Both the position numbers and the translations under genes were made by a program. Source: Eledone cirrhosa (taxonomy: Eukaryota). From it: 64,000 nucleotides of DNA. Positions 39,501 through 53,193 of this stretch are shown here, piece by piece. Positions within the stretch are counted from its first letter, which is position 1, and each line of letters begins with the position of its first letter. The notes below the pieces were generated by a model, which made no database searches, had not been told where the DNA came from, and saw nothing but the letters and a program-made list of their open reading frames with translations. The stretch lies in contig OZ024740.1 of the NCBI GenBank assembly GCA_964016885.1, forward strand, positions 370,512,001 to 370,576,000, in the 5' to 3' direction.

Positions 39501-39999
39501 TCAATAAAATTGTTTAAAAGAATAGGAGGGAGGTTCCATGATTGTGAAATTAACCAGATAATCCTATTGAGCGAAATGATGTACATATTGAACCAACTAA
39601 TGAATTAATAAATCAACCCCAGATCAGTTCCCTATCAAGCAGACTTACGATTAAAATGTGTGATAATATCATCGAGACATTGTCGAAGATTGAAACATAC
39701 GTTTGTTGTTTATCTTCAAGTCAGTCTTGAATCAAATATAATGAAAGGCGTTCCAGCCTAGACCATTCAATCATTATTTTCTTTTCTTTATTTCTGAGAC
39801 TTTATAGTGTCAATGTGTTATTCAATTCTCATGATTATAAGGGCGTGATTATAAGATGATTGAGTAATGACCATCGTTTTTTTTTATTCAATGCAATTTT
39901 ATTTTAAAAGAGAAAATTGTGATATTAACAAGAATTATTTGCTATATATAGTAGGTACAGTGAGCACGTATTGACCTTCCTCGTTATGTGTGATGATGT

Positions 40000-40745
40000 T
40001 ATCTACCAGTCATGTACTGGGGTTGGTGTAATCGACTTTTCCCCTCCCCTCAAATTATTGACCTTGTGCCTAAATTAAAAATCAAGATTATTTCAACGAT
40101 TGGAGGATGTGAGTTATCATAAATGCTTGACTATCAAACCACCAATAAATTTACTATATTTAAGCTTCAACGTTTACGTTCTCGGTTCAAATACAACCCA
40201 GAAAATGTTTAATAAACTGATGGGGCTGACAGTAATTTCATCTGTTGGGGTCGATAAAATATTTAAGAGATTCAATGTTTTTCTCTTCCTAAATGTGTAG
40301 ACTTGTACTAATTTTAGAAATCATTATATTACAATGATGAAGGGCGGTGGATTGGCAGTATCGGTAGAGGGTCGGACGCCATGCTTTGCAGCATAGAGTT
40401 ACGGCTCTTTATGATCTGAGCTCAAATCCCGCCGAGGTTAACTTTGCCTTTCATCCTTATGGGGTCGATAAAATAAAGTACCAGTCACCCACTGGGGTCG
40501 ATTTAATCGACTTTCCCCTCCCCCAAATCACTAGCTTTGTGCCTATATAAGAAACCATTATATTACAATGATGAGTATTTATCATTGTTAGGTAGTGAAT
40601 TAGCAGAATCGTTAGAACGTCGGATAGAATTGTTTGCGGCATTCGTTCAGTTTCTCTACGCTCTGGTTTCAAATTCGCTGAGGTCAAATTTACGTTTCAT
40701 ACTTTCGAGGTCAATAAAAAATATATCAGTCCAGTACTGGGTCGA
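40000..40745 (+). mobile_element. SINE cluster including a full long-form copy at 40342-40562
   Basis: Full head, core, GGGGTCGATTTAATCGACTTTCCCCTCCCC insert and tail. Confidence 0.85.
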
Positions 40746-41427
40746 TTCTTCTTCTATATCTCTTTCATGATTTCCCTCTTTTCTCAGAAAACAGAATCAG
40801 CTGTGCTCAGACCTGGAGAAAGGATGGGCTCCGCCAGGAATCAAAATACAATTTTTAGTAGTATGTCATTACTGTTGCCCTATAACTCCACCAGGAGTTA
40901 GGAGTCCATATATAGGGTTCCATGGTGTTACTGTTGTTTCTCTCACAAATGTCGCCGCTGCAGCCGACTAACACAGATAAACAATGACTGAGCCGAACCG
41001 TGATAAAATGCATTGTAGCCGTTGCCATCAATCGCCTTCAATTTTCTACACACATTTCATTATGTGACATTCTCCATCGGGTTCTTCGTCTTTGGAGAAT
41101 AAAATGAAATAGTAGAAACGTGTGAAGAGACATTCAAATCAATGTAACATGATGCTATTGTCTACTTACTTTGGATTGTTCGGTTTCTATTTTGTATTAA
41201 ATTGTTATTGCTTATTTTAGGTTTCTTGTTAAAATCTTTGTTTATATGTGTTCCTTTGCTTTGCTTGGAGTGGGGAGACTTTGTTTGCAGTTTAACATAG
41301 AAGACAAACTTACAGACAACTTTTTAATCGTTATTTGCGATACAAGTAGCGTATAGCTCCGAAACTGCCATACAAAGTTCTATTGAAGCCAATATAAAAA
41401 CTAATGAAATTGACAACCCAATCTCTG

Positions 41428-41492
<65 letters not shown>

Positions 41493-41493
41493 T

Positions 41494-41527
<34 letters not shown>

Positions 41528-41557
41528 TATATATTTATATATATATATTTATATATT

Positions 41558-42925
<1,368 letters not shown>

Positions 42926-42974
42926 ATATATATATATATATATGAAATTTATGAAATATATGAAATATATGAAA

Positions 42975-44060
42975 TATTAGAATCAAAGAAGTGTTCAAAA
43001 CATTATTGTGCTTACAACTGTTTCCTCCAAACCGAGGTTTGGATTCTTCGGAGCAATTTATTAATGAATGGACAGTTATATGACCTCCTTTTCAGCCAAG
43101 AGACATACCGATACATATGCAAATATTGTGGGTCAACATTCATTACAGCATTTAGAGTGGCAGTACACACTTCGAGATTACATTCATATTAAAAGGTACA
43201 ATCAAAAATCAAAAATACAGGTTAAAATACAACATGAAGATAAGCGGTTATATAGTGCAAATGTTATATGTGTGGCACGCATGTGCGTCTTGTTTATATA
43301 GTGTGGCAGAGAGTTACGTGTAGTAGTAGCACTTAGGTAGGTAAACAAGAGTGTTATGTTGGTTGATCTGGTGGCAAATTCTTTATATGATTGTTATAGT
43401 CTGTGTGTGGAGAAACGATATAAGCATTAAAAATAGTGCAAGCATTAAAAATATTAAAAGTATTGGGGATGCACAGCGAAGGGATGACAAGTACTTCATG
43501 TACTTCGACATTTTCATGGTCAGGGGGGTGTATTTTTCGATTATATGCCCCTCACATAATCCACGACAATTCGATATTGAGCGTTTGACAATCCAGTTAG
43601 AGAATCGTAGTCTGATGTTCTTTAGTTCAATACAGGAGGCTGTTACGTATCGAGAATCGACATTGAATACTACACGGAAGTGTGTGTATGTATTAAATAA
43701 ATTTTACGCAAGATAAATTTCTATACTAAATATAAGGGCATCGTAGAATCACTGGGTCTTCTAAATCTTTTAAATAATTTTTGTTAAATAATTTTTGTTT
43801 TTTTATTTGCTTTTTAACTCTGATTGCTTCTAAAAGACTTTGCAATATATTGTCTGAGAAATTGGAAGGATAGATTTCTGTGGTAAATATATGAAGCATA
43901 TTGTTTTTTGGCCTGAGATACTCTATAGTGTGTTGAAAATATTTTAACGTTTTGATGTTTCTGTGCTGATATATTGATATTTGATTATCTCTATACAAAG
44001 GCCAAATGTGTATTAACATGCATATAGAAGGCTTATAGAGTTTATTTTATGTGTTCATGT
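42975..44060 (-). mobile_element. Decayed Penelope/Poseidon-type element
   Basis: PVILRCPYI (LRLPYIG-like) and a broken QC..DSRYV GIY-YIG remnant. HHR at the 3' end. Confidence 0.5.
43009..43055 (-). ncRNA. Minimal hammerhead motif (CCGAAGA core)
   Basis: TGCT-CCGAAGA-a TCCAAACC tc GGTTTGGA g-GAAA-C AGTT G-TA-AGCA. Confidence 0.65.
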
Positions 44061-44108
44061 GTCTGTATGTGTGCATAGAGATGCTGGAATACTCACGCAG
44101 ATATCTTG

Positions 44109-44148
<40 letters not shown>

Positions 44149-44639
44149 TATAGTTCTGTATATGTTACAGATATGCATAATATTAAATACATGAACGGTA
44201 ATCGTATGTGTGAGGGCATGAATATTTATCGTTTATTTTTGTATGTATATATATAGCGAATTTTTTTATAACACAAGAAATTCTTTTTATGACGCAAGAA
44301 ATTATAGAGTTGATCACGTAAAGTCATGTGCATGTCTATATTATTGACTAGAGCTAGACATCATTTTTTCTTTTTCTTTTTTCAGAAAGTACATATACGT
44401 GTATATATATATATACATATATATTTCCGTATTTTTATAAATAGGGTAATTTTTTGAAGGTTTATCTCAGATTTTGGTACATTGACCTCAGAGTTTTAAA
44501 CTAAACATATGGTCATTATTGAACAAAGTTATTTTCTCATATATCTATGTCTCATTCATGAATATTGATATTTACATTCTATTATCCATTTCATATAAAT
44601 TGATAATTCAAATTGATATGACATGACGTAAAGATGTAA

Positions 44640-45115
44640 CTGTATCCTTCTCTCTATATATTTATAGCTCTTTCTCCTCTCTCTTTATATATGATGAAGT
44701 ATTATGTATCTGTCGCTTTGGTTTTGCCTCTCTTATTTCTCTCTTGTTTTATCACTTCCCCCTATCTAGTTATATTTTCTCTCTCTCTTTCTTTTCCTCC
44801 CCCCTCTTTCTCTCCGTTTTCTCTTTATCTCCATTTTGTCTGTCTCTCCGTCTTTTCTCTAACTGTGCTTAACAATATAACTAAATAATTACTGTACTCT
44901 CTCTCTATATAGTACTCCCTCTCTCTTGAATCTCTCTATTTGTATGGTGAATTATTATTATTTATCTGTTGCTTTCGGTTGCCTCTCTTTTTTTTCACCT
45001 CCTCCATCTTTCTCTCTCCCCTCTCTCTCTCTCTCTGTTTTTCTTTACCTCCGTCTCTTCTTTTTCTCCGTCTTCTTTATAACTGAGCTTAACACTATAA
45101 CTAAATAATTATAAA
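44640..45115. repeat. Tandem duplication of a pyrimidine-rich unit of about 225 bp
   Basis: Both units end TAACTG.GCTTAACA.TATAACTAAATAATTA. Confidence 0.8.
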
Positions 45116-45201
45116 AACATCACTACCAAGGCAGCCTCCTAATTTAATGGTCGCTTATATTATGGTACGTCAAAATTATTTATAAAACTGTTTATATATT
45201 G

Positions 45202-45267
45202 TATTTTATCTGACGCAGGCATGCCATATTTTTAATATGGTATCCCTGAAATATGTATAATGAAATA
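45202..45267 (+). ncRNA. Hammerhead motif, 4513 family (core CTGACGC, A9 mutated)
   Basis: TATTTTAT-CTGACGC-AGGCATGCCATATT ttt AATATGGTATCCCT-GAAA-T-ATGT-A-TA-ATGAAATA. Confidence 0.7.
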
Positions 45268-45308
45268 AATATGGTTTTATAAATATAGTTTCCATTTGTT
45301 TAATATCG

Positions 45309-45396
<88 letters not shown>

Positions 45397-45397
<1 letters not shown>

Positions 45398-45660
45398 TTC
45401 TTTATTAGCCACAGGGGCACAAAAGAAGGGGACAAATACAAAGGGGGAAGTTTACATACAATAAAAACGTGTAAAATGTTATCACAGATGGAATTTAAAA
45501 GTTAGTCGATTTTCCCCAATAGAGGGAGACAGTTTATATGGGTAACACAGACCCCCGAAAAAAATGTGCAACCCTCATCTCCAGGAGTACGAAGAGCTTG
45601 TACTCCTTTCCTCTCCTCCTCCTTTTCCTCAACCTACAAGCTGATATAGAGAGAAGGCCC
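45397..45660 (-). mobile_element. Tx1-type LINE 3' end inserted in (GATA)n
   Basis: Minus end GCCCCTGTGGCTAATAAAGAAA matches the 3' end at 19570-19592. (GATA)n lies on both sides. Confidence 0.65.
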
Positions 45661-45693
<33 letters not shown>

Positions 45694-45694
45694 G

Positions 45695-45760
<66 letters not shown>

Positions 45761-45921
45761 GTAAATATACACGGGTGTGTATGATTGTGTATAGAAGATT
45801 ATATTAATAAGAGGAATTCCAACTTTGTCTGATTTACTCGTTTTATTTACAATCCTTTAAAATATATATAATGGTATTATAATGAAATAGTATGATAGAA
45901 TATTAAATTCTAAGTGTTAAT

Positions 45922-45960
45922 TGAACAAGTACTTTCATGCTTTCGCAATCTTCAGGTTCA
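45922..45960 (-). ncRNA. Minimal 39-nt type I hammerhead
   Basis: TGAAC-CTGAAGA-t TGC GAAA GCA t-GAAA-GTAC-TT-GTTCA, with palindromic loop III. The element terminus at 45792-45885 recurs at 63909-64000. Confidence 0.85.
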
Positions 45961-46368
45961 TGATATGTGGTGACAGTCGAGTTTGCAATTTTCAACTGTA
46001 ATGAGATGGGTAAATTTCCTACCTTTTATACATTTTATACAGAGAAAAGTGGCTCCAGAATGCAAAGCCCTGTAAACTGTATTTCGACCAATCAGTGTGT
46101 AGTTTCACTGAATTACTACAGTTGATTGGTTTAAGCGTCACGGCTGGTTGAGCATGCTTACGACCAATAGTCATACCCAACGTATCAATTGTTTTGCTTT
46201 TTGAAATGATGAAAATAGCATTTTCTATTAATCATCACCATCAACATCACTGTTATTATTATTATTATTATTGTTGTTGTTGTTGTTGTTAGTGGTCGTG
46301 GTCATAGTGGTAGTAGAAGTAATACCCCTAGGCGTTATTATTGTTCATTTAGCTTGGGTTTGAATTTA

Positions 46369-46527
46369 TCAATAAAATTCTTTTCTTTGATTTTTCTCTT
46401 GATTTCACTAAGCGGCAAGCGGCCACCTGGCAACATGTGGTCAGGGAATATTTATAATATTCCCATTCTACAAATTACACAGCCCAAGTGAAATCAAGAG
46501 AAAAATCAAAGAAAAGAAATTTATTGA
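46369..46527. repeat. 41-bp inverted repeat with an internal hairpin
   Basis: 46369-46409 versus 46487-46527. Inner hairpin GGGAATATT-tat-AATATTCCC. Confidence 0.9.
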
Positions 46528-46531
46528 GTAA

Positions 46532-48182
46532 TATAGTAAAATTTTTAATAGAAATACTATTAAAATTTCTTACTCTACGACTCCTAACCTTGCACATAAC
46601 ATCACAGCTTCAAATTTAGCTAAACTACCTAGCCGTAGGAACACGCGCAACCCTGTAGTTAGTACTAACTGTAATTGTAGGAATCGGGCTGATTGCCCCC
46701 TATCCGGGAAATGCCTCTCTAGTAACATTGTCTACAAATGTAAGGTGGTAACGCCCACGTCCCATAGGGCCTACATAGGGTTAACCGCCAATAGTTTCAA
46801 GCTGCGTCTTTACATGCATACCCATTCTTTTCGCTACCCTCTAAGAAGGAATATGACGTCACTTTCAGCTTATATCTGGAGTCTAAAAGATAACCACACC
46901 CAATATAAGTTACACTGGGAGATGCTAGCTAGGGCTAGATCGTATAACGGAAGTAAAAGACCATGTGACCTCTGCGCCGCTGAGGCCCTGGAAATACTCT
47001 ACGCCACAGACCACATCTTAAACAAAAAATCTGAGGCAATTTCGGCTTGTAAACATAAATTGCACAAAACTTTCCTGTATTACAGCCCCACGTTATACCC
47101 TAACGGATAGCACGACCTATACGTGGATATTTTACGTCTTGATGTGGGAGCTAAGTATATGTTTTGTTTATTCCTTTACTTATTTGCATAGGTAAGTATA
47201 TATTACCCGTATGGTTTGTGAAGGTATGTATACTTTTTCGTACGTATATTTGACTGTTATGGCGTATAATTTTTACATAGTCTGGTATTTAGGGTTTGGC
47301 TATGTGTATACGGGAGTTTTGCGTCTGCGTGAGTATGCAGGTTCGTACGTATGGTGGGTGTGTGTATATGTGTACTTCTTGTTTTAGTTGACTTACGTCT
47401 CCGAACATTCGTGTATATATATGTAGGTATGCGTGTGCGCTTGTTATATACGTATTTATTTACTTATATACGTTGATATAATTATTTATTTATTTGTACA
47501 CAAGCATACACACACACACACATATTTATATGTGCGTGGTTTTGTATACCTATGGTAAGGTTTTGCGTATGCTTGTGTATGTACGTATCTGTTTGCATGT
47601 ATGTATTTATTTGTTTCTATTACTTCTGTATTGTATTTATTTACTTTGTTCTTAACTCTGTAGCGGAGATTAATTTTAGTCTACGACTTCTGCTATACCA
47701 TTTACGTGGTTTTGTCTTTGCGTGCTATTGTTCTCCACGCTCAACATATGACTTATTATCTTCGTTTTTTCGTTCATTGCCAGAGAACGTCTTTATGCAC
47801 CACCTAAGAGAACATTAGTCTACGACCTCTTTTATACCATAAACGTGGTTCTGTCTTTGCGCGTAATTGTTTTTCACCGCTCCTATTAATGACGTATTAT
47901 TCGTTTTTTCCCGTTCTTTGCCAGCGAACGTTACCACGAACCAAAGTATCGTCTTCCTGTCTTCCTCCGGTTGCAACGTTTTTTGAAATATCCAGTTCTG
48001 CGTTTACAGATTGACTTTGTTAGTTTCAGAAGATCCCGTTAAGGGTGAAAGCAGCGATTCTTTGCTTAAACTTTAATCTGTTATTTTAATAAATATTTGC
48101 TCTACGGTTCTTATATATTTGATATATATTTTCCTTATCGAGCCCTCTTTGGATTTTAGTCTTCAATTTTATTATTATTACT
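46532..48182 (+). mobile_element. 5'-truncated PLE with an intact GIY-YIG reading frame (46532-47110) and 3' tail
   Basis: IFNRNTIKISYS...CNCRNRADCPLSGKCL..IVYKC...YIGLT..FKLR..H...YIWSLKD...CDLC..E...LNKKSE...CKH. Tandem repeat of about 140 bp at 47680-47935; ends in (TA)n. Confidence 0.9.
48007..48080 (+). ncRNA. Full-size type I hammerhead fold (core CAGAAGA, U4>A)
   Basis: CAGATTGA..AGTTT-CAGAAGA-t CCC gttaa GGG t-GAAA-GCA...TGC-TT-AAACT-TTAATCTG, with a bulged extended stem I. Confidence 0.7.
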
Positions 48183-48312
48183 ATATATATATATATATGT
48201 ATATATATACACATACACACATACACACATATATATACACATACATATATATATATATACACATATACACATATATACATATATACACACACACACACAT
48301 ACACACATATAC

Positions 48313-48343
<31 letters not shown>

Positions 48344-48352
48344 CATATATAC

Positions 48353-48395
<43 letters not shown>

Positions 48396-48531
48396 TACAT
48401 ACATATACACACATATATGCATACATATACACAAATGTATACACACATACATACGCATATATACACACACACACACACACATACACATATATACACATAT
48501 ATACATACACAAACACACACATATATACACA

Positions 48532-48573
<42 letters not shown>

Positions 48574-48599
48574 CACAGAAATACATATATACACATACA

Positions 48600-48900
48600 A
48601 ATAAATAAGTACTCAATAAATATACGCATATACACAGGCACATAAAAACAGCTCTACAGGCAGAAAATGCAGATAAGTAAGAGGTACTCACATAACCATA
48701 ATGGCCGTATTTCAGGTTGAGGAGGGGTGGGGGTAGGGTGGGAAGGAGGTATAGGAGCTAAAAGGAGGAGGTCGTTTTTACTCATCGGGCTTTAACACTG
48801 GCTTAAAGTATTTGAAAGTTGCAAACTTCTTGTGCATGCAATTCGGGCAGTGTTCAGAGAGTTTGTTCAGTAGCGGGCCCTTGGCGAATAAAATAGATAG
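48600..48900 (-). mobile_element. PLE GIY-YIG C-terminal fragment
   Basis: Reads [23 protein letters not shown]...*. Confidence 0.6.
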
Positions 48901-48924
48901 ATATATATGTATATATATATATAC

Positions 48925-48972
<48 letters not shown>

Positions 48973-49014
48973 GTATATATATATACATATATACATATAT
49001 ATATAAACATATAT

Positions 49015-49425
49015 ATTCGTAAAGACCTGAAAATCCGCCTCTTCATTGCTGTAGTGGAGTCTGTGCTGCTGTACGGGTCTGAGACTTGGACACTGACCAA
49101 GAAACTCACTCAGATGGTGGATGGGTGCTACACGAGAAAGCTGATGGTGGCTCTGAACATTAATCAGTATACACTGAGGATGAAAACCTCAGAGCTGTAT
49201 GGGAGCCTCGCAAAAGTCAGCTCAAAAGTGACACAGATGAGACTGAGGTAAGCTGGACATGCTCACCGACATGCAGATTTGACATTGCACTCAGTGCTCC
49301 TGGGGTAGCCCCTACATGGACTCACTGGAAGAGGAAGACCAAGGTTCATGTATGTTGAGGAAGACAGGGACAGAGACCGCTGGAGAGAACTCATCCATGG
49401 ATCTCGGGAATTTTACCCGCCCTAG
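49015..49425 (+). mobile_element. RTE-type LINE 3' fragment
   Basis: [24 protein letters not shown]...RLR*AGH...GRGRP...DRDRWR, followed by a (TAGA)n tail. Confidence 0.85.
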
Positions 49426-49596
49426 ATAGATAGATAGATATATATGTATATATATATATTTAGTTAGCACCCCGAGCGCATAATTGGGAATATAATCACT
49501 TATTTCCTAATGTTTGTTGAGTGAGTTGGAATTTGGCCGGAGTATCGCTAAAAAGCTTTCTCCGATATTGTATTTATTATGTATATATATATATAT

Positions 49597-49720
<124 letters not shown>

Positions 49721-49899
49721 GTATATATATATATGTATACATATGTATATATATTTATATATATATCTATATATATATGTATATATGTATATATATTTAT
49801 ATATATTTATATATATATATGTATATATATATGTATATATATATGTATATATATATATGTATATATATGTGTATATATATATGTATATATATATATGAA

Positions 49900-50620
49900 C
49901 AAGCATAAATTATCGAGAATCGCATTTCGGCCCACGAAATAACGAAAAACAACCTCCGAGATGTGTCGCAAGTCTCAATGGTTCAGATGAACCAGAGCTA
50001 TAACAAACGTTAAAGGCCAAACACACTGAGATGATGGTTAAACAATAATTCGCATAGCCAAAAAAACGGTCATTTTGAAAATTTACCCGGACCCCTGGAA
50101 GGTTGGTACAATCCAGTATATGGGTTTCTGCGGCTCTTAAATCAAGTACTGTCCGCCTACATAAATAATGTTAGGCTTCTGGTAAGATGATTGAACAAGG
50201 AAGCCACTTTCTCAACAGGTTTTAGTTCAATGTTAATACAAGGACTGACTATTGCTGACCCCACGTGGGGATCGGCAAGGGAGGCAACCCCTAATTCAGT
50301 TGTGTATATTTTTGCAAGAATGCAAAAACATCACAAATCGAGTAGAGTTCTCAACAGAAGGGTTAAAAATAACGTAAGCTATTCATCAGTCAATAGAATC
50401 AACTAAAAAATCAAGAAAATTAACTGGTCAATAGCTAGAGTCTGGAGATTAATACAAACATAAATTATCGAGAATCGCATTTCGGCCCGCGAAATAACGA
50501 AAAACAACCTCCGAGATGTGTGGCAAGTGCTCAATGATTCAGATGAACCAGAGCTATAACAAACGTTAAGGGCCAAACACACTGAGACGATGGTTAAACA
50601 ATCATTTGCATAGCCCAAAA
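49900..50620. repeat. Direct repeat of about 165 bp (49900-50065 and 50455-50620) between (TA)n tracts
   Basis: CATAAATTATCGAGAATCGCATTTCGGCCC...GCATAGCC occurs twice, a pLTR-like partial tandem. Confidence 0.8.
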
Positions 50621-50649
50621 ATATATATATATATATGTATATATATATG

Positions 50650-50680
<31 letters not shown>

Positions 50681-50683
50681 TTG

Positions 50684-50714
<31 letters not shown>

Positions 50715-50837
50715 GTATATATATCTATATATATATATATGTATATATATGTATATATATATATATATGTATATATATGTATATATATATATATGTATAT
50801 ATATGTATGTATATATATGTATATATATATGTATATA

Positions 50838-52371
50838 TAACGAAGGAAATGTGGTAAGGAACCAGGTGGACCATAACGCACCAAAGTACTCAATACTTGA
50901 GGTAGTAGAGTGGGTAATAGGAACCAGTAAGACCCCGACAGCTGAGCTCAAGCCGTTTCGACGGCTAATTCTGGACTAAATGAAAATTTATCCTGGTATT
51001 TAAATAGCCGATCTTCTCAAGGGGTAATTCCATATATGGTCAAAGTGATTGTCAAAAATCAGTAGTAATTCTGTGGTTGCAAATTAGTAGGGGAGATGGT
51101 GGCTAAACCTGCCAGTAGGAGAAAGAGGGGAGGGGGTGGAGTAGACCCAATCAAGCGTTGGTAGTGCCAGCTACAGCTGGGCATGAGGTCAAAGAAGATA
51201 CAGGGGAGGGGGAGGAAGTCGGAACGGTAGGTAGAACAATGGGGGGTAGAGATATATAGGAAAGAAAAAATACTGAGAGTGAAGAAAAGCAAATAAGTGT
51301 AAAGAAAAAAGTAAAGTAAATTAAATTCTACGACCTAGGTCTCAGGCTATTGTTAGGCTAGAATAAAATAAAGAAAGAAAGAAAGAAGTAAAGAAAGGAA
51401 TAAATAAAGAAATAACGAAATAAGTAAAAGAACTAGGTGGGACGGATTAGGCAAGGACCCTTTTAAGAGGTATAAGTACGTAAATGATACGGTGACGGGT
51501 CAACAAAAGGGGCCAAAATACTAAAGAGACTACCACGAAATAAACAATAAAGGTATCCATCCCGGGCCAGTAACGACCCAGTGCAGCAAAGTGAACTTGT
51601 ACGAGATAATAATTCTGAGTCCCGAGAAAAATATATACTAATGCTAACTCTAAAAGATCTAAAACAAGCTACATGAAAGTTCGTACGAAATAAAGGTAGA
51701 ATACGGAGAAATAAATTCAGAATCCACCCCGCCCAGAAGAAAAGCGAAGCAAGAAATACTGAAACGAAAAAATAAGGCATAAGTGCCACTAAGAAATATA
51801 GAGGGCACAGAGAATAGTGGGAGCGGTCGGAAAAAGGGGGCAAGTATCCGGGGTCTAAGCCAACTGCTATAAAGGGCGGAGTCCGCCAAATCTATCATAG
51901 ACTAGGGGAGGGGGTGGTGGGGGTACTAAGGCTACATGGGGCCAAAGGGCAGCCTCGGGTGGGCGAGAAAAGACGCCGACAAAGGAGAAGAGCTGGGGTA
52001 GAAGGACAAAGGAGAGAGGGGGGAAGGAAATAAAGGAAGCGATAAAAGAATACAAAGAAGATCTTACGTCTTCCTTGGCAAGCAGGGGTTACCCATTGCA
52101 AAATCGGCAAGTGGGGTGTTATAGCCCTAGTCTACCCCCCCCCCCCGGGTCATTATGGGGTTTGAGGGCGAGGTAAGTCCTACGCAATCTGTGTTTACAT
52201 GCAGTAACCAGTTCATCTTTCTTGTTTAGGAGTTGGTCCGTCGAAAACAGCATTTGTAAAGTTTCCTCCGAGCATAAATTGCACGGACGGCGTCCTCCCG
52301 TGTAAGAATTGGCTCTGGACAGTAATCTCCAAGTGAGATCATAGGTGATGTTGTTGTCCTTGAGGTCCCAT
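50838..52371 (-). mobile_element. 5'-truncated PLE (GIY-YIG C-terminus plus 3' tail)
   Basis: [18 protein letters not shown]...CNLCSEE...[15 protein letters not shown]. The 3' terminus is homologous to 27870-28086. Confidence 0.85.
50920..51031 (-). ncRNA. Type I hammerhead, U3:A8 variant (second copy)
   Basis: GGAA..ACCCC-TTGAGAA-GAtCGGCTA...TAGCCGTC-GAAA-CGGC TTGAGCTCA GCTG-TC-GGGGT..TTCC. Confidence 0.8.
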
Positions 52372-52448
52372 ATGTATATATATGTATATATATATGTATA
52401 TATATGTATATATATATGTATATATATATGTATATATATGTATGTATA

Positions 52449-52486
<38 letters not shown>

Positions 52487-52734
52487 CATATAACCAGTTC
52501 ATCTTTCTTGTTTAGGAGTTGGTCCGTCGAAAACAGCATTTGTAAAGTTTCCTCCGAGCATAAATTGCACGGACGGCGTCCTCCCGTGTAAGAATTGGCT
52601 CTGGACAGTAATCTCCAAGTGAGATCATAGGTGATGTTGTTGTCCTTGAGGTCCCATATGTATATATATGTATATATATATGTATATATATGTATATATA
52701 TATGTATATATATATGTATATATATGTATGTATA

Positions 52735-52772
<38 letters not shown>

Positions 52773-52943
52773 CATATAACCAGTTCATCTTTCTTGTTTA
52801 GGAGTTGGTCCGTCGAAAACAGCATTTGTAAAGTTTCCTCCGAGCATAAATTGCACGGACGGCGTCCTCCCGTGTAAGAATTGGCTCTGGACAGTAATCT
52901 CCAAGTGAGATCATAGGTGATGTTGTTGTCCTTGAGGTCCCAT
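52204..52943 (-). repeat. 286-bp period tandem triplication of a PLE GIY-YIG segment plus microsatellite
   Basis: Units at about 52206-52371, 52492-52657 and 52778-52943 appear identical, as do the two TA/TG spacers. Confidence 0.9.
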
Positions 52944-53112
52944 ATGTATATATATATGTATATATATATATATGTATATATATGTATATATATATGTATA
53001 TATATGTATGTATATATATGTATATATATATATGTATATATATATGTATATATATATATATGTATATATATGTATATATATATATATATGTATGTATATA
53101 TATATGTATATA

Positions 53113-53189
<77 letters not shown>

Positions 53190-53193
<4 letters not shown>

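Noticed and set aside
40788-40860. Possible exon (AG...gtatgt); similar candidates at 14544, 33338 and 33717-33828
   Set aside because: Splice-like sites only, with no recognisable protein or consistent exon chain. Pyrimidine tracts may be repeat-derived.
52204-52943. Repeat-spacer pattern resembling CRISPR
   Set aside because: The repeats are ~166-bp PLE coding sequence, the spacers are identical microsatellites, the context is eukaryotic, and no cas genes are present.
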